Source of the DNA: an uncultured bacterium
GTDB lineage: Bacteria > Ratteibacteria > UBA8468 > B48-G9 > JAFGKM01
DNA: 37,238 bases
Assembly (NCBI GenBank): GCA_964400565.1
Contig: CAYNUP010000045.1
Span: 1-37,238 of the forward strand
Direction of reading: 5' to 3'
Positions 1 through 8,860 of this stretch are shown here, in pieces (position 1 is the first letter of the stretch; every line of letters starts with the position of its first letter). Under the pieces are notes generated by a model. The model saw only the letters and a program-made list of their open reading frames with translations. It was not told the DNA's origin and did no database searches. A program made the translations under genes and the position numbers.

Positions 1-237
1 ATTCTTTCCTATTTCAAGTTCAATTTTTCTTATCAATTTTTCCTGAGATGTAATAAATTCTTTATGTGTTTCTACATCTAAATTTAAAAAGAGAGTCCTC
101 CCTCCCTTTTCATCAATATGTTTTTTTAATAATAGCATCAATGTTGTTTTTCCTGATTGTCGTGGACCTACTATAAATGTAATTTCTTTTTCTCCAAGAT
201 GCTTTTTAATTTTTTCAAATAATTTTCTTTTAATCAT
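1..237 (-). CDS. AAA+ ATPase of the COG1373/DUF4143 type. N-terminal fragment only; the C-terminus runs off the window start.
   Basis: Own translation of the reverse complement 237->1 gives MIKRKLFEKIKKHLGEKEITFIVGPRQSGKTTLMLLLKKHIDEKGGRTLFLNLDVETHKEF... with no stops. Walker A GPRQSGKT lies about 25 aa from the ATG at 237. Absent from the ORF track because it is truncated. Confidence 0.6.
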   Translation of the reverse strand, partial: MIKRKLFEKIKKHLGEKEITFIVGPRQSGKTTLMLLLKKHIDEKGGRTLFLNLDVETHKEFITSQEKLIRKIELEIGKN

Positions 238-273
238 ATTTATATTTTAACCCGATTTTTTTAAAAGTAAAGT

Positions 274-1125
274 TTAAATTTTATCGTGTAAAGATTTTTT
301 CATTATTTCAATCGGTGCTTTTTTTCCTGTCCATATTTCAAATGATATAGCACCTTGATAAATAAGCATTGACAAACCATCAAGATTTTTAATTTTTAAT
401 TCTTCAGCAACTTTTAACAATTCTGTTTTTCTGTTATACACAATATCATAAACAAATTTTACTTTTTCAATATTCACTTTTTCTATTAATAAAGGGTCAT
501 TTTCTTTCATCCCAACAGAAGTAGTATTTATAAGTAAGTCAATATTTTCCCAGATATATTTTTCATTTCTTTTCTCAAATGGAATTACTTCAACATTTTT
601 GAAATTCAGTTTTTTATTAAGATGTTTTCTAAGTTTTAAAGCATTTTCGTAAGTTCTATTTGAAATGAAGATATAATTCACTTTTTCTTTTATTAAAGCA
701 CCACATATTGCATAAGAAGAACCACCTGCTCCAAGAATAAATATATTTTTCCCTTCGGGGATAAAATTCCCATTCTCTTTCAAAGACCTTATAAATCCAT
801 CTCCATCTGTTATATAACCTTTAAGTTTTCCATCAATATTATGAATTGTATTTACAACCCCAAGAATTTTTGATGTTTCATCAAGTTCATCAATATATTT
901 CATGATTTCTTTCTTATGAGGAATTGTTACATTTACACCAATCCAATTAAAAATCCTTAATGCTTCTGTGGCAATTTTTAAATTTTCAGGTTTCACTTCA
1001 AGAGGGATATAAATATAGTCAAGACCAAGAAATTCAAAGGCAGCATTTTGAAATACAGGTGAAAGAGAATGAGAAACTGGATATCCAAAAACTCCTGTAA
1101 TTTTAGTAGTCCCTTTTATTTTCAT
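274..1125 (-). CDS. aroE: Shikimate 5-dehydrogenase
   Basis: 283 aa. N-terminal GVFGYPVSHSLSPVFQNAAF block and the ILGAGGSSYA dinucleotide-binding glycine motif. ATG at 1125. Confidence 0.9.
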   Translation of the reverse strand: MKIKGTTKITGVFGYPVSHSLSPVFQNAAFEFLGLDYIYIPLEVKPENLKIATEALRIFNWIGVNVTIPHKKEIMKYIDELDETSKILGVVNTIHNIDGKLKGYITDGDGFIRSLKENGNFIPEGKNIFILGAGGSSYAICGALIKEKVNYIFISNRTYENALKLRKHLNKKLNFKNVEVIPFEKRNEKYIWENIDLLINTTSVGMKENDPLLIEKVNIEKVKFVYDIVYNRKTELLKVAEELKIKNLDGLSMLIYQGAISFEIWTGKKAPIEIMKKSLHDKI

Positions 1126-1138
1126 AGTTTTATTTTAA

Positions 1139-1167
1139 ATTATAACCTGTTTTTATTTTCAAAACAA
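1139..1167 (-). promoter_or_regulatory. Candidate sigma70-type promoter for aroE: -35 TTGTTT, 17-nt spacer, -10 TATAAT
   Basis: On the minus strand TATAAT is at 1144-1139 and TTGTTT at 1167-1162. Only 13 nt separate the -10 from the aroE ATG, and no SD is present, which implies a very short leader. Confidence 0.35.
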
Positions 1168-1179
1168 CAAATAAAAAAC

Positions 1180-1207
1180 TTGACATCTAAATTTTGTTTG
1201 TTAAAAT
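1180..1207 (+). promoter_or_regulatory. Sigma70-type promoter for parA: -35 TTGACA, 16-nt spacer, -10 TAAAAT
   Basis: TTGACA at 1180-1185 and TAAAAT at 1202-1207 in a 107-nt intergenic region. AGGAAG SD at 1221-1226 and ATG at 1233 follow. Confidence 0.6.
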
Positions 1208-1232
1208 AAATTATGAACTTAGGAAGTTAAAA

Positions 1233-2000
1233 ATGAGAAAAATAGCAGTTATAAATCAAAAAGGAGGTTCTGGAAAAACAACTACAGTTGTCAATTTAGG
1301 ATATTATCTTACAGAATATGGGAAAAAAGTTTTACTGGTAGACCTTGACCCACAATCTCATACAACAATACATCTTGGATTTGAACCACCAGAAATCAAA
1401 AAATCTCTTTATGATTTGCTTGTTAACCAAACTCCTTTAAATGAGGTTTTAAAAGAAACAAAGTATAAAAATTTATATTTAATCCCATCTAAAATTGAAC
1501 TCGCAAGTGCTGAAATTGAACTTGTTAATGAAGTTGGAAGAGAAATAATTCTGAAAAAAATTATTGAAAAAAATAAGGTGAAGTATGATTACATAATTAT
1601 GGACTGTCCCCCTTCTTTAGGTCTTCTCACTTTGAATGCTTTAACTACTGCTCGGGAAGTTTTTATTCCAATCCAGGCAGAATTTTTTGCTCTTGAGGGG
1701 CTTACAAAACTTTTTCAAACGATAAAAATTATAAAGGATAGAATTAATCCAGAACTTGAAATTACAGGCATAATAATCACAATGTATGATAAAAGAAAAA
1801 ATATATGCAGAGATGTTGAAAAAAAGATTCAGGAATATTTCAAAGAAAAAGTTTTTAAAACAAGGATAAGAGAAAATGTTCGTCTTGCAGAGGCACCGAG
1901 TTATGGAAAAGTAATTAAAGAATTTGACCAAAATAGTCATGGAGCAGAAGATTATAAAAATTTGGCAAAAGAAGTAATAAAACAGGAGAATAAAAAATGA
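1233..2000 (+). CDS. parA: ParA/Soj-family partition ATPase
   Basis: Deviant Walker A MRKIAVINQKGGSGKTTT, plus DLDPQ and MDCPPSLG. I start it at ATG 1233, which has an SD. The track ORF start at 1194 is a TTG lying inside the predicted promoter spacer. Confidence 0.9.
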   Translation: MRKIAVINQKGGSGKTTTVVNLGYYLTEYGKKVLLVDLDPQSHTTIHLGFEPPEIKKSLYDLLVNQTPLNEVLKETKYKNLYLIPSKIELASAEIELVNEVGREIILKKIIEKNKVKYDYIIMDCPPSLGLLTLNALTTAREVFIPIQAEFFALEGLTKLFQTIKIIKDRINPELEITGIIITMYDKRKNICRDVEKKIQEYFKEKVFKTRIRENVRLAEAPSYGKVIKEFDQNSHGAEDYKNLAKEVIKQENKK

Positions 2001-2368
2001 AAAAAGGAGGACTTGGTAAGGACCCTTTAAGTTGGATAAGTTCAACCGTTATAGAAGAAACAACGAAAACTACAAAAAAAGAGGAAAAAGAAAACATAGA
2101 GAAAGCAGAAAAATCAATCCCAAAATATCAAACCTTTGAAATTAGACTTACAACTCTGTTGAGAGAAGACCAACTTGAATTTCTTGAAAAACTTATAAGG
2201 GAAATACATAAAAACAGAGAACCACAATATAGAAAAGAAAGAATTACAAAAAACACATTGATAAGAGTGTTTATTGATGCTTTTAAAGATGTAAATTTTA
2301 ACATTAAGAATATTCCTGATGAAAATACATTACTTGAAAGAGTTCTTGAGAAGGTTATAAAGGATTAA
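1997..2368 (+). CDS. Small (123 aa) ParA-coupled protein; putative ribbon-helix-helix (ParG-like) centromere-binding partner
   Basis: ATGA overlap with the parA stop and an AGGAG SD 8 nt upstream. The N-terminus KKGGLGKDPLSWI resembles the ParB N-terminal GLGKG..AL peptide. A K/E-rich linker follows. The C-terminal FEIRLTTLLREDQLEFLEKLIREI...ITKNTLIRVFIDAF fits a strand-helix-helix pattern. Confidence 0.5.
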   Translation: MKKGGLGKDPLSWISSTVIEETTKTTKKEEKENIEKAEKSIPKYQTFEIRLTTLLREDQLEFLEKLIREIHKNREPQYRKERITKNTLIRVFIDAFKDVNFNIKNIPDENTLLERVLEKVIKD

Positions 2369-2391
2369 ATTTGTTTCATCCATTTTAAAAT

Positions 2392-3354
2392 ATGAGAATT
2401 TTTAAAAAGTTTTTTTTGATATTTATATTTTTTTATTATCTGAGTTTTTCTGAAATTCTCAATTTTTTAAATAGAAAAGAAATTCTACTTGATACAATAT
2501 TTGAGATCAAAATAGAAAATGTGAAAAATGCTGAAAAATTATTGAATGAATCTTTTAATCTGGTAAAAAATCTTGAAAGTAGGTTGAGCATTTTCAAAGA
2601 GGAAAGCGAAATTTCTATATTGAATAAATATAAAAAGTATAAAGTTTCTCCTGAAGTTTTTGAAGTTATAAAAAAGGCAATTTATGTTTCTGAAATTACA
2701 GAAGGGGCTTTTGACATAACCTGTAAGCCAATTATTGACCTCTATAAAGCAAAAAGCAAGTTAAATGAAATACCATCAAAAAAAGAGATAGAAGAGGTTT
2801 TAAAAAAAGTAGGGTGGGAAAAAATAAAAATTAAAGGAGATTTAATACTTCTACCGGATGGAATGGAAATTGACCTTGGAGGAATTGCAAAAGGATATAT
2901 TGTGGATAAAGTGGCAGAGTTTTTAAAATCAAATGGAGTGAAAAATGGTATTATAAATGCTGGTGGAGATATATATTGCTGGGGAACCAATCCTGAAAAG
3001 AAAAAATGGAAAATAGGAATTGAAAATCCTTTTGAAGAGGAAAAAATAATAGAAAGTTTTGAAATTACGGATAGAGGAATTGCAACAAGTGGGAATTATA
3101 AAAGATACTTAAAAATAAAAAATAAAAAAATAGGGCATATAGTAAATCCAAAGACAGGGTTACCAGCAGAAAAAATTCCTGTGAGTGTCACTGTTATTGC
3201 TCCTGATTGCACAACCGCTGACGGACTTGCAACTGGTATTTTTGTTCTTGGAATTAAGAAAGGATTAAAACTTGTTAATAATTTAAAAAATACTGAGTGT
3301 TTAATCATAGATAAAAATAGAAAAATTTATAAATCTGCTAATTTTCCTTTTTGA
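2392..3354 (+). CDS. apbE: FAD:protein FMN transferase (ApbE family)
   Basis: 320 aa with a hydrophobic N-terminus. ApbE blocks AFDIT, DLGGIAKGY, GIATSGNY and ADGLATG. Confidence 0.85.
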   Translation: MRIFKKFFLIFIFFYYLSFSEILNFLNRKEILLDTIFEIKIENVKNAEKLLNESFNLVKNLESRLSIFKEESEISILNKYKKYKVSPEVFEVIKKAIYVSEITEGAFDITCKPIIDLYKAKSKLNEIPSKKEIEEVLKKVGWEKIKIKGDLILLPDGMEIDLGGIAKGYIVDKVAEFLKSNGVKNGIINAGGDIYCWGTNPEKKKWKIGIENPFEEEKIIESFEITDRGIATSGNYKRYLKIKNKKIGHIVNPKTGLPAEKIPVSVTVIAPDCTTADGLATGIFVLGIKKGLKLVNNLKNTECLIIDKNRKIYKSANFPF

Positions 3355-3416
3355 TTTAAGAAATATTTACAAACATCTTAAAAATTATTTTTTACAAAGG
3401 AAGTCAACAAAATATT

Positions 3417-3444
3417 ATTTGACCAATTGAGCAATTGGTCAAAT
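3417..3444. terminator. Perfect 13+13 nt palindrome ATTTGACCAATTG-AG-CAATTGGTCAAAT between convergent apbE and lysA; probable terminator hairpin, better for lysA
   Basis: Arms at 3417-3429 and 3432-3444 are exact reverse complements. On the minus-strand RNA the hairpin is followed by a U-rich UAAUAUUUUGUU. On the plus strand no U-tract follows directly. Confidence 0.45.
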
Positions 3445-3487
3445 GGTAAAAAGGGCAATTTTTTAATACTTTTAAGAATAATAATTT

Positions 3488-4750
3488 TTAAATTTTTTCT
3501 AAATTAAACAGGTAGGAATATGTTTCTCTTTTTCTTATCAACTTTATTTTTTCTCCATTAACAAGAACTTCAGATATTCTTAATCTTGTATTGTAATTTG
3601 AAGACATAGAAAATCCATATGCACCTGCATTCATAATAACTATATAATCACCCCTTTTAACATCAACCGGAAATTCTCTATCTTTACCAATATAATCTCC
3701 TGTTTCACAAATAGGTCCTACAATATCAAACTTTGCTTTTTCACCATATTTTAAATTTAAAGGACATATAATATGATAACTTCCATAGAGAGAAGGTCTT
3801 ATTAAATCATTCATTCCAGCATCAATGATAATAAAATTTTTATTTTTTCTTTTTTTAACATAAAGAATTTTTGAAATTATTACTCCACTGTTTCCAACTA
3901 TAAACCTACCTGGTTCTATTATAAGTTGTTTTATATTCATATCCTTTACTTTTTCTATTATTTTCCTTCCAAATTCTTCAATTGGAGTAATTTCATCATC
4001 AAAGGAATAAGGAATCCCGAAACCTCCTCCTATATCAAGTATTTCTGGATTAAATTTATTTCTTTCACAGAATTTTTTGACTTCTTCAATTGCCTTAAGA
4101 TATGGTAAAACTTCTTTTATCTGCGAACCAAGATGAAAATGAATTCCTTTAATTTCTACAAAGTTATATTTTTTCTTCAAAATTTTCTCAGCAGTATCTA
4201 AATCCAGTCCAAATTTATTTTCACTCTTGGATGTCTTAATATAATGATGGGTATCTATATCAATATTGAGATTTAACCTCAAATTTACATTTACTTTCTT
4301 TTCATATTTTCTCCCAAATTTTTCAGTAATATCAATTTCTTCCTCGTTCTCTACATTAAAACAAAATATATCTTTCTTAACTGCAAATTCAATTTCCTCT
4401 TCTTTTTTTCCAACTCCTGCAAAAACTATATCCTGGGGAGAAAAACCTGCAAGAAGTGCTTTCCTTATTTCACCTTCTGAAACAACATCTGCTCCAAGAC
4501 CATTTTCTTTCATTATTTTTAAAATTGATAGATTTGAATTCGATTTCACAGAAAAACAGATTTTAGAAGAAAAATTTGAAAATGAATTTTTTATTTTTTT
4601 AATCTGATTGATCAAAAAGTTATAACTGTAAACATAAACAGGCGTTCCAAATCTTTCTGCAATTTTTTTACCTTCTATTCCTTCAATATAAAATTTTCCC
4701 TTTTTAAACTCAAAATATGGAGAGAAGATTTTTTTAAATTTCTCTTCCAT
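3488..4750 (-). CDS. lysA: Diaminopimelate decarboxylase
   Basis: 420 aa. Motifs FGTPVYVY, CFSVKSN (PLP lysine), HFHLGSQ, DIGGGFG, EPGR and CETGD. AAGGAG SD 8 nt upstream of ATG 4750. Confidence 0.9.
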   Translation of the reverse strand: MEEKFKKIFSPYFEFKKGKFYIEGIEGKKIAERFGTPVYVYSYNFLINQIKKIKNSFSNFSSKICFSVKSNSNLSILKIMKENGLGADVVSEGEIRKALLAGFSPQDIVFAGVGKKEEEIEFAVKKDIFCFNVENEEEIDITEKFGRKYEKKVNVNLRLNLNIDIDTHHYIKTSKSENKFGLDLDTAEKILKKKYNFVEIKGIHFHLGSQIKEVLPYLKAIEEVKKFCERNKFNPEILDIGGGFGIPYSFDDEITPIEEFGRKIIEKVKDMNIKQLIIEPGRFIVGNSGVIISKILYVKKRKNKNFIIIDAGMNDLIRPSLYGSYHIICPLNLKYGEKAKFDIVGPICETGDYIGKDREFPVDVKRGDYIVIMNAGAYGFSMSSNYNTRLRISEVLVNGEKIKLIRKRETYSYLFNLEKI

Positions 4751-6099
4751 TTTTCTATCTCCTTTTTTACATTTGAAGAAGATGTTCCACCTGTTGAAAT
4801 CTTAGAATTTACAGAATTCTCAAAACTAATTATTTCAAAAACAGTATTATCAAAAAGTGAAGAAAATTTTTTGAATTCTTTTAATGATAGAGAAAAAATA
4901 TCTTTTTTGTTTTCTATACAATAATTGACAATCCCGCCGACTATTTTATGTGCCTTTCTAAAAGGGACACCCTTTTTTACAAGATATTCTGCAATATCTG
5001 TGGCAAGCGTAAATGAAGAAATAGAATTTTTTATTTTTTCAATATTGAATTTGATTTTTTCCATTATTTTTGACAATATTTTGAGAGAAAAGTTTAATGT
5101 TTCTATTACTTCAAATAACATCTTTTTATCCTCCTGTAAGTCTCTATTATATGAAAGCGGAATACCCTTTAAAAGTGTTAATATACCTGCGAGAAGCCCG
5201 ATTGAAATAGATGTTTTCCCTCTTATTAATTCCAGAGCATCAGGATTTTTTTTGTGAGGCATTAAACTTGAACCTGTACAAAGTTTATCAGGTAGAATTA
5301 TAAAATTTATTTCATCTGTATTCCATATAATTAAATCTTCACATAAATTTGAAAGATGGATTAAAGTTAAAACACAATTAAACATAATTTCAACAAGGAA
5401 ATCTCTATCAGAAACAGTATCTAAACTATTTTTTGAAATTTCGGAGAAATGTAACAATTTAGCAAGATATTCTCTATCTACGGGTAAAGAAGTCCCTGCA
5501 CATGCACCAACTCCTAAAGGAAGTATATCAAGTGATTTGTAAGAAGAAATAAATCTTTTTTTGTCCCTTTCAAGTTTTTCAATATAAGATAGTAAATAGT
5601 GAGAAAGTAAAACTGGTTGACTCTGTTTTAAATGAGTATAAGCAGGGATTATTATACTAAAATATTCCTCACTTTTTTTAAGAATTGTTCTTTGTAAAAT
5701 TATTATTTTTTCTATTAAAATTATAGTTTTATCTCTCAGATACAATTTTTCATCCAGAACAATCTGGTCATTTCTTGACCTTGCTGTATGCAATTTTTCT
5801 CCTGGTTCTCCTATCAATTCAATCAATCTTCTTTCTATTGCTGTGTGAATATCTTCATCTGTTGGTAATATTTTAAATTTATTTTCTTTAATCTCTTTTT
5901 CAATTTTTTTAAGACCTTTCAATATTTCATTTTTATCTTTTTTAGTAATTAATCCAACTTTTGAAAGCATTTTGGCATGTGCGATACTCCCTTCAATATC
6001 ATAGAAAGCAAGTTTTTTATCTATATCAATAGATTTTGTAAATTCAATTATTTCCTTATCTACCCTTTCCTTAAATCTTCCCTCCCACATATATTTCAT
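4675..6099 (-). CDS. argH: Argininosuccinate lyase
   Basis: 474 aa. MWEGRF start, HTARSRNDQ, and the fumarate-lyase signature GSSLMPHKKNP. The C-terminal tail of about 20 aa overlaps the lysA start. Confidence 0.9.
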   Translation of the reverse strand: MKYMWEGRFKERVDKEIIEFTKSIDIDKKLAFYDIEGSIAHAKMLSKVGLITKKDKNEILKGLKKIEKEIKENKFKILPTDEDIHTAIERRLIELIGEPGEKLHTARSRNDQIVLDEKLYLRDKTIILIEKIIILQRTILKKSEEYFSIIIPAYTHLKQSQPVLLSHYLLSYIEKLERDKKRFISSYKSLDILPLGVGACAGTSLPVDREYLAKLLHFSEISKNSLDTVSDRDFLVEIMFNCVLTLIHLSNLCEDLIIWNTDEINFIILPDKLCTGSSLMPHKKNPDALELIRGKTSISIGLLAGILTLLKGIPLSYNRDLQEDKKMLFEVIETLNFSLKILSKIMEKIKFNIEKIKNSISSFTLATDIAEYLVKKGVPFRKAHKIVGGIVNYCIENKKDIFSLSLKEFKKFSSLFDNTVFEIISFENSVNSKISTGGTSSSNVKKEIEKWKRNLKKSSLHILSLKRENFILKE

Positions 6100-6162
6100 T
6101 TTTTCTCCTCTTGTTTTTTTATTTTATCAGAAGTAATATAATAAATCAAAGAGAGGAATTTT

Positions 6163-8040
6163 ATGGAAAAAAAACTTGTAATTGTAGAATCACCGACAAA
6201 AGCAAAAACTATTGGTGGAATCCTTGGGAAAGAATATATTGTTTTTGCCACTATGGGACATATAAGGGACCTACCTGAAAATGAATTTGGAGTTGATATT
6301 GATAATAATTTTTCTCCTAAATATATAATAATTCCGGGGAAAAAAAAGATTGTGAACAAACTAAAAAAAATTTCTAAAAATTCAATCTCAATATATCTCG
6401 CTACAGATGAAGATAGAGAAGGAGAAGCAATTGCATATCATACAGTTTGTATTCTTGATAAAAATATAGATGAGGTTCAAAGAGTTGCTTTTCATGAAAT
6501 AATTCCTGAAGCAGTAAAAGAAGCGTTTAAAAATCCAAGGAAAATATCTATTGACCTTGTAAATGCCCAGCAGGCAAGAAGAATTCTTGATAGAATAGTT
6601 GGTTATACTATAAGTCCATTACTTGGGAAACATCTTGAAATGGGACTTTCTGCAGGAAGAGTTCAATCAGTTGCTTTAAGATTAATAGTAGAGAGAGAAA
6701 AAGAAATTGAAAATTTTGTTCCTGAAATTTACTGGATTATTAAGTGTGAAGTGGATAAAGAAGGCGAAAAATTAATTTTTAATCTGGTCAAAATTGGGGA
6801 AAGAATAGTTGAAAAGGAAAAAATAAAAGAAGAAAAGGAAGCAGAAGAAATTATAGAAAAGTTAAAAAATGGAAATTTATATGTAGTAGAAAAAATTGAA
6901 AATGTGAAAAATTTAAATCCTGTTCCTCCATTTATTACAAGTACTTTACAGCAGGAAGCATCAAATATTTTAAATTTTTCATCTTCAAAAACTATGTTTA
7001 TAGCCCAGCAACTTTATGAAGGGATTGAAATTGAAGGGAAAAGCATAGGTCTCATTACTTATATGAGAACTGATTCTCCATCTATTGCAAAACCAGCACA
7101 GAATCAAACATTAAAATTTATAAAAGAAAATTTTGGAGAAAATTATATCCCAGAAAAACCAAATGTTTATTATACAAAATCAAAAGTTTCACAGGAAGCG
7201 CATGAAGCAATAAGACCCACATCAGTTTATAGAACTCCTGAAAGTATTAAAAAATATTTAAATTCTGACCAGTTTAAACTTTATGATTTGATATGGAGGA
7301 GATTTGTTGCAAGTCAAATGAAATCAGCAGTTATGAAGAATGTTAAAGTTCTTGCAAGAAATGATATTTATTTATTTGAAACGGATGGAACTTTTATTTT
7401 ATTTGATGGATTTTTAAAATTATGGCCACTAAAAGTTGAAAAAGGGAATAAAGTTATTGAAAAATTTGAAAAAGAGGAAATGCTCAATGTTAAGAGGTAT
7501 TTTAAAGAAAAAAAGCAAACTCAACCACCTCCAAGATATACGGAAAGTTCCTTAATTAAAACTCTTGAAAAATATGATATAGGAAGACCTTCTACATACG
7601 CACCAACTATATCAACATTATTTGCAAGGAGATATATAAAAAGAGAGAGGAAGTTCCTTGTTCCTTTAAAAATGGGAAGAATTGTTTATGAGATATTAAA
7701 AAGGTTTTTCCCTGAAATAATAGAAATTGATTTTACAGCAAAAATGGAGGAAGACCTTGATAAAATAGCAAATGGTCAAAAGAACTGGATAGAGGTATTA
7801 AAAGAATTTTATAATAATTTTAAACCAACTCTTGATAAGGCAAATGAAATGATAAATAGGGACCTTTTAAATGAAATTATCCTTGAAGATAGAAAATGTC
7901 CAAAATGTGGAGAAAAATTGACTATAAGGAAAAGTAAATATGGTATATTTATAGGATGTGTAAAATATCCTGAATGTAAATATAAAGAGGAGATAAAAGA
8001 AAATGCTAATAATTCCCGCAATAGACCTAAAAAAAGGTGA
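6163..8040 (+). CDS. topA: DNA topoisomerase I (short form with a single zinc ribbon)
   Basis: 625 aa. TOPRIM motifs LVIVESPTKAKTI and DEDREGEAI, active-site Tyr region ITYMRTDS, C-terminal CPKCG...CVKYPEC. Confidence 0.92.
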   Translation: MEKKLVIVESPTKAKTIGGILGKEYIVFATMGHIRDLPENEFGVDIDNNFSPKYIIIPGKKKIVNKLKKISKNSISIYLATDEDREGEAIAYHTVCILDKNIDEVQRVAFHEIIPEAVKEAFKNPRKISIDLVNAQQARRILDRIVGYTISPLLGKHLEMGLSAGRVQSVALRLIVEREKEIENFVPEIYWIIKCEVDKEGEKLIFNLVKIGERIVEKEKIKEEKEAEEIIEKLKNGNLYVVEKIENVKNLNPVPPFITSTLQQEASNILNFSSSKTMFIAQQLYEGIEIEGKSIGLITYMRTDSPSIAKPAQNQTLKFIKENFGENYIPEKPNVYYTKSKVSQEAHEAIRPTSVYRTPESIKKYLNSDQFKLYDLIWRRFVASQMKSAVMKNVKVLARNDIYLFETDGTFILFDGFLKLWPLKVEKGNKVIEKFEKEEMLNVKRYFKEKKQTQPPPRYTESSLIKTLEKYDIGRPSTYAPTISTLFARRYIKRERKFLVPLKMGRIVYEILKRFFPEIIEIDFTAKMEEDLDKIANGQKNWIEVLKEFYNNFKPTLDKANEMINRDLLNEIILEDRKCPKCGEKLTIRKSKYGIFIGCVKYPECKYKEEIKENANNSRNRPKKR

Positions 8041-8860
8041 AGTCGTTCGTCTTTATAAAGGCAGGTTTGATAAAATCTCTTATTATGATGTAGAGATTGA
8101 AAAACTTGTAAAAGAATACTTAGAGGCGAATGCCAAAAGGATTCATATTGTTCTTTTATATGGTGCCAAAACAGGGAAAATAGAAAAAGAAGAGGAAGAA
8201 AAGATAAAAAAAATAATAGAAATAAAAAAACTTAATAATAAAGATTGTGAAATTCAGGTTGGGGGTGGAATAAGAAGAAAAAAACAGATAGAGAAATTTT
8301 TGGAACTGGGAATAAATTACATAATTATAGGAACAGCATTTTTAATCCCATTTGCATTAAGTGAGGGATATGGATTACAGAATATAAAATTTTTCTATCA
8401 AAGAAGTGGTAAAAATTTTGAACTGGAAAAAGAAGTGCCTGAATTTGAACTGATTGATTGGCTTGAACCTTATATAAAAGAAAAAATTATTATTTCTGTT
8501 GATTATGTTGGCGATGAAACTGCATTAAGCGGATGGGAAGTAACTATCCCTTTAAAACCATCATATGTAATAAAAAAATTTGTGGAAAAGGGTTTTAAAA
8601 AGTTTCTTATAACAAGTATTGAAAGTGATGGAACACTTGCCGGTGTAGATATAAAAAATATTGAAAGGATATTGAAAGAAATAAGTGGGTTCAGAGAAAA
8701 AATAGAAGAAATAATTGTGGCAGGAGGGATTTCTAAAGAAGAAGATATAATTTCACTTGATTCTTTGTCATATAAACCCACTGGAATTATAATTGGAAAG
8801 GCACTTTATCAGAAAAAACTGGATTTAAAAAATGTTATTCAAAAATATCAAAAAATTTAG
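8003..8860 (+). CDS. HisA/HisF-family (ProFAR isomerase-like) TIM-barrel protein, divergent
   Basis: 285 aa. Motifs MLIIPAIDLKKGEVVRLYKG, VGGGIR, ISVD, SDGTLAGVD, AGGIS and IIIGKALY. It carries an insertion of about 30 aa and reads VLLYGA where HisA has VDLDGA. Confidence 0.6.
   Translation: MLIIPAIDLKKGEVVRLYKGRFDKISYYDVEIEKLVKEYLEANAKRIHIVLLYGAKTGKIEKEEEEKIKKIIEIKKLNNKDCEIQVGGGIRRKKQIEKFLELGINYIIIGTAFLIPFALSEGYGLQNIKFFYQRSGKNFELEKEVPEFELIDWLEPYIKEKIIISVDYVGDETALSGWEVTIPLKPSYVIKKFVEKGFKKFLITSIESDGTLAGVDIKNIERILKEISGFREKIEEIIVAGGISKEEDIISLDSLSYKPTGIIIGKALYQKKLDLKNVIQKYQKI

Noticed and set aside
1126-1232. AT-rich near-repeats (GTTTTATTTTAAA / GTTTTTATTTTCAAA / ATTTTGTTTGTT) upstream of parA as possible centromere iterons.
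   Set aside because: They are low-complexity T/A runs that overlap the predicted divergent promoters. They are too degenerate to separate from background without binding data.
2901-2909. Perfect DnaA box TGTGGATAA (reverse complement TTATCCACA) near parA, possibly hinting at oriC.
   Set aside because: It is a single copy inside the apbE coding sequence. My rough composition-based expectation is about 0.5 per window by chance. There is no cluster of boxes, AT-rich unwinding element or dnaA gene nearby.
2040-8240. Purine-rich GAA/AAA tracts (for example 2050-2110 and 8180-8240) that look like tandem repeats.
   Set aside because: They are in-frame K/E-rich low-complexity linkers within CDS. 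No unit periodicity beyond codon bias is visible.
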